Positions 1 through 12,122 of a stretch of 64,000 nucleotides of DNA are shown here, piece after piece. Positions within the stretch are counted from its first letter, which is position 1; every line of letters begins with the position of its first letter. The DNA lies in NCBI GenBank assembly GCA_951406725.2, contig OX597825.1, forward strand, positions 81,902,001-81,966,000, in the 5' to 3' direction. The notes beneath the pieces were generated by a model, which made no database searches, was not told the origin of the DNA, and worked only from the letters and a program-made list of their open reading frames with translations. The DNA is from Octopus vulgaris (lineage: Eukaryota). The position numbers and the translations under genes were made by a program.

Positions 1-744
1 GATTTTACAACTAAGATTTTTTTCTTTGTCATGGATATTACTCATGACCACAGCAGTGACTCTGACAGTTCTTTATCATATAAAATAATATAAGATCCAG
101 TTTTTCTTACTTGTGTAATTCCTTTATAATGTAATGAAGTTTTTCAATTTCTGAAATATCTGGAAGATAAGTTAGATGACCCTGTTTGTCACCGCCGTAG
201 ACCCTATACTATACTAGCACCGGATTATTAAGGAGAAAATAACCTTTAAGAAACTAAAACACATTTTCTATAAAAATTTTATACTTTATGAACTCAGTTG
301 ACTGCAGCCTCTGTCTTCATAGAAGACAATGGAGGTTGATGGTTTTTAGTTTGATGCCATTAACTGAAATTCTTCATTAATGTTTTGTGATAAGAAAACT
401 TAGTATTTTGGTTGATTTCTTACATGTTGGTAGTGTTGGTTGATTATTAACTCTGTTGATAGTGTTGGTTGATTATTACCTGTTTTGCTTGAGTAGACCA
501 TTGGCCAGTACACCCAGGTATTCAGTAGATGGAATGATTTATAAATCAAGATGGATATGTAGAGAGATCATCATCATCATCGTTTAAATTCTAATAGGTT
601 AAATTGATGTTGATGAAAATTACTGTGGCTTGGTTAGGGGTATGAAACGAACTAGTAAATCTTGTATGAATGACCATTAGTTCTTTTGTTGTGGTCCACC
701 CGTGTTTCTCCTGAGCAAATAAATTGTATTTTTTTATTTTACAG

Positions 745-885
745 GCATTGAATGAGAAAGCCAAGAGTATAGTAACAGTGCACCAATGGCCATATCGTGC
801 TATTGCAAAGGCTTTGGAGATTATCCCTTCCACCTTAATCCAGAACTGTGGTGCCAGTACTATCCGTACTCTTACAGCTCTCAGG
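745..885 (+). CDS. CCT3: CCT3 / TCP-1 gamma internal exon (phase 0/0)
   Basis: Acceptor ttttacag|GCA and donor AGG|gtgagt; 141 nt encoding ALNEKAKSIVTVHQWPYRAIAKALEIIPSTLIQNCGASTIRTLTALR, matching the CCT-gamma QWPYRA..ALE.IP.TLIQNCG motif. Confidence 0.96.
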
Positions 886-955
886 GTGAGTAGACCAACT
901 TTTTATTGAATTGAATGACATCTATTTCTCTCTTTCTCTACTTGTATCTGTAAAA

Positions 956-1190
956 TAAGTAGCTTGCTTACCAACCACATGGTTCCTGGTTCAGTCCCAC
1001 TGCGTGGCACCTTGGGCAAGTGTCTTCTGCTATAGCCTCAGGCCAACCAAAGCCTTGTGAGTGGATTTGGTTGACAGAAACTGAAAGAAGCCCGTCGTAC
1101 ATGTTTGTGTTTGTTCCCCCACCATCGCTTGATAACCGATGCTAGTGTGTTTATGTTCCATGTAAGTTAGTGGTTTGGCAAAAGGGGATC
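956..1190 (+). mobile_element. tRNA-derived SINE, family A (5'-truncated)
   Basis: agtagcttgcttaccaaccacatggttcc..ggttcagtcccactgcgtggcaccttgggcaagtgtctt core; more than 12 copies in the window. Confidence 0.85.
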
Positions 1191-1777
1191 AAAAGGTTTG
1201 GATTGTGTTGTTTGTTGGGGTACTCTGTTTCTGGTTGGTGCATCTGTGCCTGGAGAATGATGTGTGAAAGTTTGTTCATGGGGGGTCGAGGAACTTCTTC
1301 ATGGCTACAGGTTCTGCAAGAAATAGCAGTCAAATTTACCTCAAAACACTACTGAACCATCTTGAAAATAGATAAAACACGGGGTTGTATTATTATTATT
1401 ATTATTGTCAGCATCTTTCATGACTACATCATGTTATCCAAAGCTATTTAAGGGTGTATTGTGTGTGTGTGTTTTTATATGGATGGTCATGTGTGGGAGT
1501 GTCATTTGTGGATAAGAATATGCCATTGTCTTGCTTATAAAGTAATTACAGTGTTAAAAGCGGTGTGTGTTTGTGTGTGAGTTGTATGGCTGTGACTGAT
1601 CAGTCCTGCTGTAGCAGCATCACATGTCTGGTTTACAGTGTCTATAGAGGCAGATGAGGAATGAGTGACAATAAATAGAGTACAGCCATTATTATATAAT
1701 GCACTCTGGAGAACAATTGAAGCTAAAAAGTCGGTGAGTGTGGAGATATATATAGATATAAATGAATGAATTTATGT

Positions 1778-2140
1778 TGTGGCTGTGTGGTAAGAGGCTT
1801 GCTTCCCAACCACGAGGTTCTGGGTTCAGTCCCACTGCGTTGTACCTTGGACAAGTGTCTTCTACCATAGCCTTGGATCGTGCAAAGCCTTGGGAGTGGA
1901 TTTGGTGGTTGGAAACTGAAAGAAACCCATTGTGTGATGTGTGTGTGTGTGTGTACATATGTATGTGTGTGCATACATATATGTATGTGTGTGTCCCCAT
2001 GACTTAGCGATTTGCTAAAGAAATTGAAGGAATAAGTACCAAGCTTTTAAAAAAACTAGTTCTTGGTGTCAATTCATTTGGCTAAAAATTCAGTGCTGTG
2101 CCCCAGTATGGCCACAGTCTGATGATTGAAACAAGTAAAA
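1778..2140 (+). mobile_element. SINE family A
   Basis: Same head and core, internal (TG)n, tail ..ccagtatggccacagtc..gaaacaagtaaaag. Confidence 0.85.
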
Positions 2141-2402
2141 GAAAAAAAAATATAGGTATATAAAATGTGTAAAACGAGATGGAATGAAGAGGCGTTAATT
2201 GCACATCGCAACAGTTGTTTCTGCACATTAACAATAGCTGTTTTGTTGTTGATATTTTCCCCCCCCTAAAATTGCAGGCCTTGTGTCAAAATTTGAAACC
2301 AGTATACAGCTATAATAAGTATTATGACATTTGTCTCTCAGGCATGAGGCCCTCCCCTATCAGTGATTTAACTTGATTGTGTTGTTTTCCTTCTTTGGTC
2401 AG

Positions 2403-2534
2403 GCTAAACATGCTCAGCCCAACAGTACCAGTTGGGGAATTGACGGAGAAACTGGTGAGGTTGTGGATATGAAGCAATACGGTATCTGGGAACCGTGTGC
2501 AGTCCGTGCTCAGACATTCAAGACAGCCATCGAG
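2403..2534 (+). CDS. CCT3: CCT3 penultimate exon (phase 0/0)
   Basis: Acceptor ttggtcag|GCT and donor GAG|gttggt; 132 nt encoding AKHAQPNSTSWGIDGETGEVVDMKQYGIWEPCAVRAQTFKTAIE. Confidence 0.96.
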
Positions 2535-2750
2535 GTTGGTACCATTTCATTTACTTACTATTAGCACTAATAATTTTCTTTTTTCAGGCAGTTTTCGGTT
2601 GCAATCTGAAGAGGCCCCTGGGAGCATCCCCAGTTGTTTCTCAAGTGTTTCGTAGCCGATTCTGCCTGATTTTGCAGAGTGACATTTCCTGATCCAGAAT
2701 TTTTCAGTTCGTATCGTATGACATACCACATACACTCATATCATCCCATT

Positions 2751-2832
<82 letters not shown>

Positions 2833-4589
2833 TATATATATATATATATACACAATATATATATATATATACACACACACATATATATACACACACACAT
2901 ATATATATACACACACATATATATACACATACATACACACACACACGTATGTGTGTGTCTATGCATATATATGTGATGTGATACCTCAGTATTTGACTCA
3001 AGCCCTGTATAATTACCTCATAGGGGACACACTGATTACTTAATATTTCATTGTCATTTCAGTCGGATGTGTATAAATTACTTGTTTCTATTTTGGTTTT
3101 ATCGTACATAATATTAACTCTGGTTCAAATATTTTCTCTTCTTGGTTTTGTGTTTATCGTATCATACATCTTTTTGAACGTTGTGTTCTGTGGGTGTACA
3201 GACATGGGTAGCCGTTTCCTAGAAGTGGGCTGCATGCGACGTAGTTCATCATTAGTCAGGGCCCTCGTTCAGAAAAGTCCTGCGGGCTGCATTTTATTTA
3301 CCGGGGTTGGAATTATGGCTAGATAACTCTATAGCTGATCATATTTTTTGGGATAATGTAGTTTTGCACCTCTGCTTGAAAAATGCTTTTTTTTTTAAAA
3401 AAAAGAGTTGTTGGATTCCTGTGTTTTAGATGTGAAAGATTATGAATATCCAAAAAAAAAATTTTTTTAAGCCCCCGCCAAATTTTGAACTTTTCCAAAA
3501 TTTTTTTCCCCTTATATTTTAGATAACAGATATGCAAGAAACTACATTTTGAAACTTTTAATTCAATAAGCGTATAGATGTGTGTATAAAGAGATAGATA
3601 GATAGATAGATATGAATGTCTTTCTGGGGCTAAAAGCAACAGTAACGCTGTCTTCTTTTGAACCGCCACATTTAGTTGACAAATATATTTTATAAATAAA
3701 CAGACGGGGATTAATTAATTAATTTTGAATTATCTCATAGCCTTGAGATTTTAATGATGTGATTGTTTGTTTATGATTCATTGTCTGGTAAGTGCGTGTG
3801 TGTGTGTGTGTCAGAGTCGGCTGGTTTGAATAGATGAGCTGGATATGGTTGGTTTTAAATACTTAACCGTTTAGCATTTCGATTATTCTGTCAAATGTAA
3901 AGCTTATTTATTAACATTGTCCTTAAATTAATCCAGTCTTATCTTTTGGCTTTGAGATCCTGATGCTGTGAGTGTTTATTTTTAAAATGACACTGTAGGG
4001 TAAGTCTGAGAAGCCAGATCAGGTCAGTTTGAACATAAAACTGCTGGAATGATTGGGTCTGATATGGCTGGTTAAAAATACTAGATGCCGAAAGGGTTAA
4101 TCTCATCTTTCTTGCATTTTGTGTTTCATGGACGATTCCCTTTATCACCGACCGAAGTTCTTTGCATATCTTAGCATTTCAAACCCAAGATACTTTCAAT
4201 TCTGTGCTGAGAATCCGGTTGATTTTTGTAAATGTTTTGGTTAACCACTCCTGAATTCTTTCTGTGAACGAAAACAGCGAAAAGGAGGGCATTGAGAGTA
4301 TTGACCCAAATGATGAGGAATTTAACGTCTCATTTAACTGTTCCTACTTCTGATTTCAATGTATTTATTGCATTGTTTGGAAACGAGCCGTTCTTCACTT
4401 TGGGAATCTCTGGAAATTAAATACACAAAGCTTGATACATTTATTCTGAAGTTAGAAAATGTAGCCATGCTGTACATGGACATCTTTTACTGGTGTAAAA
4501 TACTAATACATTCTCATTAGTCATTATTAAAATTCGTCTGAAAATAGATTTCATTGGTTGAACTAGCTATAATTTAATACCCTGTAATA

Positions 4590-4975
4590 TCATCATCATT
4601 TAGCGTCCGCTTTCCATGCTAGCATGGGTTGGACGGTTCAACTGGGGTCTGGGAGGCCAGAAGGCTGCATTAGGCCCAGTCTGATCTGGCAATGTTTCTA
4701 TAGCTGGATGCCCTTCCTAATGCCAACCACTCCGTTAGTGTAGTGGGTGCTTTTTGCGTGCCAGACGGGGCTGGCGAATGGCCACGGTCGGATGGTGCTT
4801 TTTATGTGCCACTGGCATAGGGGCCAGGCCAGGCTGGCAACGGCCACAATCGGATGGTGCTTTTTATGTGCCACCAGCACGGGGGCCAGGCCAGGCCAGG
4901 CCAGGCTGGCAATGGCCACAATCGGATGGTGCTTTTTATGTGCCACAAGCACGGGGGCCAGGCGAGGCTGGCAAT
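4590..4975 (-). mobile_element. SINE-like element with (GAT)n tail and internal ~60-70 bp tandem repeats
   Basis: Reverse strand has ggttggcattaggaagggcatccagct and tail ggacgctaaatgatgatgat; three internal copies of ggccac..tcggatggtgctttttatgtgcca. Confidence 0.75.
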
Positions 4976-5685
4976 ATCCTCTTTATATATATATGTGTGT
5001 GAGAGATCTTAACCTGTGGAGTATTTTTTTTTTACTCTTTTCCTCCATTGTGTTTTGATTGTTATGATTGTTTGTGAGGAGCAAAAGGGGAAGTTGACAT
5101 TGTTCCCGTGGCTTGATGAAATTTGTGCAAAGCTCATTAAGGGAGTAACCCAGCTTACCTGTAAACTTTATAATGAATAAGGGGATTCTTTGTTTTGTTT
5201 GAGATGTATTATTTCCATGACTATTTCTAATTGCATCCATGACTAACAGTTTTTTTTTTTATAGTTATTGTGTAATTAGCAACCACATGTGCACGTAATT
5301 ATTTTTTACCATAAATGACTTCTTACATTAATTAACAAAATAGAAAACTAATTTCTGCAATGCTGCCAATTTCCTCAATGGTATCACAGTAAAATTCCAA
5401 TACAAGTATTTGAATAAACAAACCCATGTTTAGACATTTTCTGCCTCAAACGTTACAGGATGCGGCTTCTGACTTGGAAAATTTTCAGCAGGATGTTAGA
5501 ACAAATCCTTCCTACCTACCTGCCTCCCCCACTCTCCTTTCTTCGTAGCCTGGGTAATGTTAAGAAGGGCAAAGCAGGCATTGGACCTTGGCACAGTGCT
5601 CTGGCTCCCTGACCCCTGTTGCTGTCCAACTGTGCCAGTATGGAAAATGGACATTAAATGAAGATAAGGATTTTCCAAACAGTAT

Positions 5686-6065
5686 TGGCGCAGGAGTGGC
5701 TGTTTGCTAAGTAGCTTGCTTATCAACCACATGTTCTGGGTTCAATCCCACTGCGTGGCACCTTGGGTAAGTGTCTTCTACTATGGCCTCGGGCCGACCA
5801 AAGCCTTGTGAGTGGATTTGGTAGATGGAAACTGAAAAGAAGCCTGTCGTATATATGTATATGTGTTTATGTGTCTGTGTTTGTCCCCTCAACATCACTT
5901 GACAATCAATGCTGGTGTGTTTACATCCCCATAACTTAGTGGTTCGGCAAAAGAGGCTGATAGAATAAGTACTAGGCTTATAAAGAATATGTCCTTGGGT
6001 CGATTTACTTGACTAAAGGCGGTGCTCCAGCATGGCCACAGTCAAAAGGCTGAAACAAGTAAAAG
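5686..6065 (+). mobile_element. SINE family A, near full length
   Basis: ggcgcaggagtggctg.. head with A/B-box-like motifs through the gaaacaagtaaaag tail. Confidence 0.88.
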
Positions 6066-6210
6066 GTTTCACTCCGTTTCCATCTACTAAATCCACTCAC
6101 AAGGCTTTGGTCGGCCCAAGGCTATAGTTGAAGACACTTGCCCAAGATGCCATGCAGTGGCACTGAACCCAGAACTATGTGGTTGGGAAGCAAGCTTCTT
6201 ACCACACAAC
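6066..6210 (-). mobile_element. SINE family A head, inverted relative to 5686-6065
   Basis: Reverse complement of the family A 5' half. Confidence 0.8.
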
Positions 6211-6419
6211 CTCAGGTTTTTTTTTAATGATTTTGAATTATAATATATAATATACACTTACGTGGTCACCTCAATTTGTTCCTGTCTTGACTGAATCTCC
6301 TCCTCTCTTGGACTTTGATCTCTTTATTTCTCACCCTCTTGCTACCCATCCAGAAACAGTCCACCATCACATTATTTGGATGACCATTGGGACTTTTTAC
6401 TTCTCATTTTCTACCACCA

Positions 6420-6828
6420 TGGGTTAGAGTGACCCGTTGTTCTTGAGGAGACCTATTGAGTCAAGTACATCAACATCAAAATAAAAATTCAAATGGAAAT
6501 TGTAGTTAAGATATCCGTGCCGGAGACACGTAAAAAGCACCGTCCGAACATGGCAGATGCCAGCGCTGCTTGACTGGCATCCGTGTCGGTGACATGTAAC
6601 AGCACCAACCGATTGTAGCTGTTTGCCAGCCTGCTCTGGCCCCTGTGCTGGTGGCACGTAAAAGACACCCACTACACTCATGGAGTGGTTGGCATTAGGA
6701 AGGGCATCCAGCTGTAGAAACACTGCCAGATCAGACTAGAGCCTGGTGCAGCCTCCATGGCTTCCAGACCCTGGTCGAACCGTCCAACCCATGCTATCAT
6801 GGAAAACGGACGTTAAATGATGATGATT
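6420..6828 (+). mobile_element. SINE-like element with (GAT)n tail (same family as 4590-4975 and 10388-10620)
   Basis: ggagtggttggcattaggaagggcatccagctgtagaaac and tail aaacggacgttaaatgatgatgat. Confidence 0.75.
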
Positions 6829-7059
6829 TATATCAGACAAAACTACCATGATTGCTGGAATTTTTTGAACTTAACTTTTTGCTCCGTATTGTTTTCTCTC
6901 CTCATTTCTTTCTGTCGAAGAGCATGGGCTTGAAACATCAAAGACTTCCTCTATTTTCCCTGAGTGTCAAACTACTATTCCTTGTTTGTTGTTTCCTCAC
7001 TTGTCTCTGTCTTCCTTTTTTTTTTCATAAAACTTACTGAATGTGTTTCTCTCTTTCAG

Positions 7060-7170
7060 ACTGCCATATTGTTACTGCGTATCGATGACATTGTTTCTGG
7101 TGTGAAGAAAGCCGAGAGCGAAGGTGGCGCTAGTAGGCCTCCACCCCCCGATGCTCAGCCAAATGAATAA
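7060..7170 (+). CDS. CCT3: CCT3 terminal coding exon
   Basis: Acceptor ctctttcag|ACT; encodes TAILLLRIDDIVSGVKKAESEGGASRPPPPDAQPNE*, with the chaperonin C-terminal LLRIDD motif. Confidence 0.96.
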   Translation, partial: TAILLLRIDDIVSGVKKAESEGGASRPPPPDAQPNE

Positions 7171-7460
7171 AAACCAAAACCATTCTAGCTTCTATCATGC
7201 TTTTTTCTCTTTAAACTCCAAGCCATTTCTTTGTATTGATATACTTTGGATTTTTTTTTTTTTTTTTTTTGTAATTCTGAATTCATGTCGGCCACATGAA
7301 GACTGCATCCAACCATATAACAGTGCTTATCTTATATAATCTGTGATTCCATCAGAGTTTAATTCTTTCATCAATGTAATCAGTGTTCTTCACAATGTTG
7401 AGGAACATTTCAAAATGCTACAATAAAAAAACAAAAAGTTACACACAGCTTTGGTTTGAA
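7171..7460 (+). terminator. CCT3: CCT3 3'UTR with polyadenylation signal
   Basis: AATAAA at 7422-7427 followed by GT-rich sequence (ttggtttgaagtt); another AATAAA overlaps the stop codon. Confidence 0.6.
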
Positions 7461-7531
7461 GTTCATTATGTTAATGTGATTGCACTACAGAATGTATTAA
7501 GCATTAACCTTTTTGTTTGTTTGTCTATCTG

Positions 7532-7636
<105 letters not shown>

Positions 7637-7719
7637 CAATATTTTTTATAATTATGAGTATAATGGCGGTGCCCCAGCATGGCCACAGCTCGTGAGCTGA
7701 AACTAAATAAAATAAATAA

Positions 7720-8490
7720 ATAATTATAATTAGGATTCAGCAAAAAAAAATTTGCTTCGCCACATACAGAACTTTAGCAGCCAAACAACTTAGCTATTTC
7801 TTCTACTATAAGAAGAAACTCCTGGACAACATATACTCAAAACAATTCATGTAGGCATAGAGGGAAAAACAACGAAATTCACTCGGTATTTGATTACTTG
7901 TGGACGCGTTTCGGAATTAGATCAATATGAAAAATGCAACAATCACACTTTCATTTGATCATTTTCCTCCTCAGCATAGCATTTCAAAATTTCAAATTTG
8001 AGAGGACTGAAAAAATTGAACTTACCTATCTGATTCAAGTAACATCAGACAAACTATATCCAATGACCAGTACCAACGAATTCAAAACATACGAATAAGG
8101 TCTCGTATTCTACCTCACCCATCCACACGTGTTGTCGAGTAAAAAAATTCTACAGAAAAAGCTGTAGTTTATTATCAGGGAGAGAATTTTATTATCAATA
8201 AAGGGTAAAATTAATTAATTTATTAGTAATTAATAATTCCACCAAGTAGTATTCGGCATGTTAAAAGGACCATTTTCGGTAAACTTAATATTTTTTATAA
8301 TTATGATTATAATTATAATTAGGGTTCAGCAAAAAAAAAAAAAAAACTTGCTTCACCATATACTGAACTTTAGAAATAGCAGCCAAAGAACTTAGCTATT
8401 TCTTCTACTATAAGAAGAAATTCCCGGTCAACATACACTCAAAACAATTTATGTAGGCAGAGAGAAAAAACAACGAAATTCACTCGGTAT
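7720..8490 (-). mobile_element. Penelope-like non-autonomous element with tandem partial repeat
   Basis: ~170-bp direct repeat (7723-7890 vs 8312-8490) with a hammerhead motif between the copies. Confidence 0.65.
7895..7981 (-). ncRNA. Hammerhead ribozyme motif, type I (minimal stem III)
   Basis: Minus strand gctatg-CTGAGGA-[ggaa..gatcaa..ttgatc..ttcc]-GAAACGCGTC-cacaag; palindromic ACGCGT stem III, GUC site, imperfect stem I. Confidence 0.75.
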
Positions 8491-9095
8491 GTTTCCCTCA
8501 CACTCCACCAGCTCTGATGAACCTTTACTCCAAATTGTTCCCCAGATCATCAAAGAATAGCTGCTATGTTTCATTGTTGGCTGCAATCTTTTCACATCAA
8601 ATTCTTGATCACAGAGTCTCCAGACCCACACTCGACCACTGTGAGGAAATACAGCAAATCTGGACTCATCAGAGAATATGACAGTATCCCAAAATGCTAG
8701 CGGCCTCTTCACCATCTCACTGGCCCAATCTTTTCTCTGCTTGATGTTGGCTGCTCTGCCATAGTAACCAAGTTTGTAGAGATACCTGACAGCTGTTTTG
8801 GGACTGACATCAACTTGTTCTGCTATGTCAGAAGCCTTGAAACGAGGATTATCCTCCACACTTCACTTAGCAAAGATAAGGGTTCTGTTAGAGGGCCCTG
8901 GTTGATCTGGATGAGGTGATGTGGACTACTTCTCCTCTCTGATGAATTGCACAATCACTTTATCAACTGTTGAAAGCGGGTTCCCAAGGTTTTCTGCGAT
9001 TTTACGCTGACTATGTTCACCTTCAGAATGACCCACAATACGGCCTTTCGAAATTCAGACAGTTCCAAGGCTTCTTTTGTACATAGCATGATTAA
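8490..9095 (-). pseudogene. Tc1-like transposase remnant
   Basis: ORF 8449-8859(-) contains WDTVIFSDESRF, RVWVWR and LMIWGTIW; the upstream HTH-like part is in another frame; truncated at the Penelope-like element. Confidence 0.88.
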
Positions 9096-9119
9096 ACAGT
9101 TACATAGAGAATCTGAAGC

Positions 9120-9512
9120 ATATATATATATATAAAGCTGAAGTTGTCTGTGTATGGCAGGTTTGGCCGAGTCCAACTAACACTATCTCCTCCGAGACCC
9201 TGCGGCGCAAGATGACCAAAATTGAGAGTATGATGGAAGAAGGCTTGCTCTTCATTCCGTAGAAGAAAAAATTCAAGTCGGACCATGTTAACACCAAACA
9301 TTATTTACATCAAAAAGGTGCTTTTTTTCTATGAAAATCCCTATTTTTTACGATTTTTTGACTGCTGTGTCGCCATTTTTCGGTTTATTTCAACCAGAAA
9401 AATGTTCACTTAAAGAGAATAAGAAGCTACATAATGCAACATTTTTACTTTTCAAAAATTCCAATTCTAAAGGGTAGAAACAAACCCGAGCAACACCGGG
9501 CTATACTGCTAG
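9120..9512 (+). mobile_element. Non-autonomous Helitron
   Basis: (TA)n-ATAAAG 5' end, subterminal hairpin cccgagcaacaccggg, then CTAG followed by T (9509-9513). Confidence 0.75.
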
Positions 9513-10016
9513 TATATATATATATATATATATACATACATTATATAATGTGATAAATTCCTTTCGCCACGAATTACCAAACAACTCTGTCTCTTCACCG
9601 AACCATGTCACACCAATTACGGATTATTACTCTCGCATTCCCGTCTCTAACATAATCTATGATATGTAATGTCTATGTCCGTCGTAATTTCTTTTTTAAA
9701 TACTGTTTTCGCAATTACTAATTAGTTACGAAGTTATAAAATATTCTAAACACGATAATGACTTCATCGTTGTCATCATTGCTATTGCTGTTGTTGTTGT
9801 TGTTTAAGTTCTCCAATTACAATCGTCCCACGCCTGTTTTCGCTAGAGTGAGCGAAATGCTGTTTCTTTATTTTCTGTGAATTCAATGCATTTCGCTTTT
9901 GGTCTCAAACTTGGGAAATGGCTTTCTGGCTACGAACCTTAATCGGAAGTAAATGATACGGACATGCATAGATATCCATGTGTGTGCACGTGTACGTGCG
10001 CTCATTCATGTTATAT

Positions 10017-10076
<60 letters not shown>

Positions 10077-10122
10077 AGATATTATATATATATAAAACAA
10101 ATATAATATATATACGTAGATG

Positions 10123-10364
10123 GGTACTACTTAAGAAGAGTGGTCCCAGTGCGCGTACTCGCGCATCCGCGCTAGCTAGTCGTGACTAGTCGATCCTTAC
10201 TTTGTATTTTTGTATATTATTTACTTTGTGTAAAGAAATGATTTATTTTGTGATTTATTTACTTTGCTAGGTAGTCGTTGTAGGATCGACTAGTCCCGAC
10301 TAGCTGGCGCGGATGCGCGAGTACGCGAGTGCGCGCACCGGGACCGCTCTTCTTAAATAGTACC
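10123..10364. mobile_element. MITE with ~75-85 bp TIRs and 8-bp TSD (Merlin-like)
   Basis: Begins GGTACTACTTAAGAAGAG and ends CTCTTCTTAAATAGTACC; flanked by identical CGTAGATG (10115-10122, 10365-10372). Confidence 0.82.
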
Positions 10365-10639
10365 CGTAGATGTACATACATACATGTATCATCATCATCA
10401 TCGTTTAGCGTATGTTGTCCATGCTGGCATGGGTTGGACGGTTTGACCGGGGCTGCACCAGACTCCAGTCTGATTTGGTACAGGTTTCTACCGCTGGATG
10501 CCCTTATTAACGCCAACCATGCTGAGAGCGTAATGGGTGGTTTTAAGTGCCATTTGCGTGACAGCAGTATGTGTTACGACTGCGATTTTGCTCGGCTTGA
10601 TGAGTCTTTTCAAACACCTTACACACACACATTTTGAAT

Positions 10640-11085
10640 CTTTTACTGGTCTCAGCCAGAGGCTGGGGTCAGACTGGAGCGCCACATTTCAGTGTGTTTG
10701 GATTTTAATTGTACCTCCCGCCGTGAAGTGGTTTCATCTGGTATTTCAGATAAGCATTTGTCTAGACGTTCTTTGAAGACCTCCATATCTGCACCTCGCA
10801 GATCTCAGGTTTTTGAGGAAGAATGAGGAATAATTGTGAACCCTTGAAAACCAAGCTGTTACAGTACTGGGTCCTTATTCGAGAAGACGGGATCTTTGGT
10901 ACTATGCAGTGCCGTTCTGTTTGGTGGTTGATATAACTTTCAATCCCAAAGTTGGGAGCTGGATCTTCCATAAGTATATCACTGTATATCTTTCTCGCCA
11001 TCTTTGTTTGGGTTAGCTTCAGTTCCTTTAGCCTGTCCCAGTAGCTCCTCAGCTTCACCGAGCCAATCTTCCTTGTGGATTGTCA
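10640..11085 (-). pseudogene. CR1/L2-like LINE ORF2 C-terminal remnant
   Basis: KLRSYWDRLKELKL..PNFGI..HCIVPK..IRTQYCNSLVFKGSQLF.ILP resembles the post-RT C-terminal region of CR1/L2-group LINEs. Confidence 0.65.
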
Positions 11086-11303
11086 TCGCACAACTACGTA
11101 ACTTCCAACCCTCTCTATTTGCCTAAGGCAGTTCGAACGCTTTAACAATTTATATATACGAATTAAACATTGAAAGTGGTTCCGTGTCTAAAACTACTTT
11201 CATACATACAAATTAAACATTGAGAGATGTTCATTTTAGTACAACAAATTTGAATGTCTTTTTCCTGTGTACTCGGAAGTAATATTCCCTAATAATTATA
11301 ATA

Positions 11304-11342
<39 letters not shown>

Positions 11343-12072
11343 GCGTGTGTATGTATAATTAAGATTCTGTGGATATGTATATATATATATATATACACCA
11401 TCAGTATGTGCGTTTATGGGTGTACGTAAGTTCTATGCATGAACGCCACTATTAATACGTTGTATAAAATGTGCTCTCTTTATACAAATTCTTGAGTTTA
11501 TTAAATATCCTTAGCTTCGCAGGGATTTACATGAACGCGCTCAATGTTTACGAACCTGTATCTATTTACTAGACAAAGCAAGGCTTCGGTACTTTCACAC
11601 AATATGACATAGCTTTAAACCAGTCAACGAGGAAGATAATTTACCACTACCCGACATTGCGATCTTTCTCTGAAAAGTAACAACCGCGTTTACGTTCATA
11701 CACAAAATAATGATGCAGATGTTTAGATTTTATGTAATTCCGTGAAGCCATGAGAGACCCTTAATATTTCCACTCCATCTGCTAGAAATATCGATCAATT
11801 TCCTACAAATCATCTGACGATCTTGAGGTAAAGGAAACCGGATAATGTAGTTCTAGACAGATTTCTTTTTTCTGTTTTAGGATTTATGACACTTAGTGCA
11901 GGGCCTGCTTGTTCTTTCTTAATAATATGACGAAGGTGGTGTTTTTCTTGACTATAGAGGTAGCCGGGTCTTGAAGTCCTCTTTCCAATCATTTGGTGAT
12001 ACGAGAAGAAATTTGAACTTACATCGCAAAGAACTACAAGGCAGTTCGAACGCTTCAACAATTACGACTGTC

Positions 12073-12122
<50 letters not shown>

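Noticed and set aside
2606-2655. CTGAAGAG in the CCT3 intron hairpin as a hammerhead
   Set aside because: No GAAA or UH on the same strand in the correct geometry.
3270-3380. RNase MRP, HDV-like ribozyme or U19-like identity for the intronic fold
   Set aside because: Only short motif resemblances; spacing and the remaining required elements are absent.
5115-5146. SECIS-like AUGA..AAA..GA
   Set aside because: Intronic location, helix II does not form, and there is no UGA-Sec codon in the CCT3 exons.
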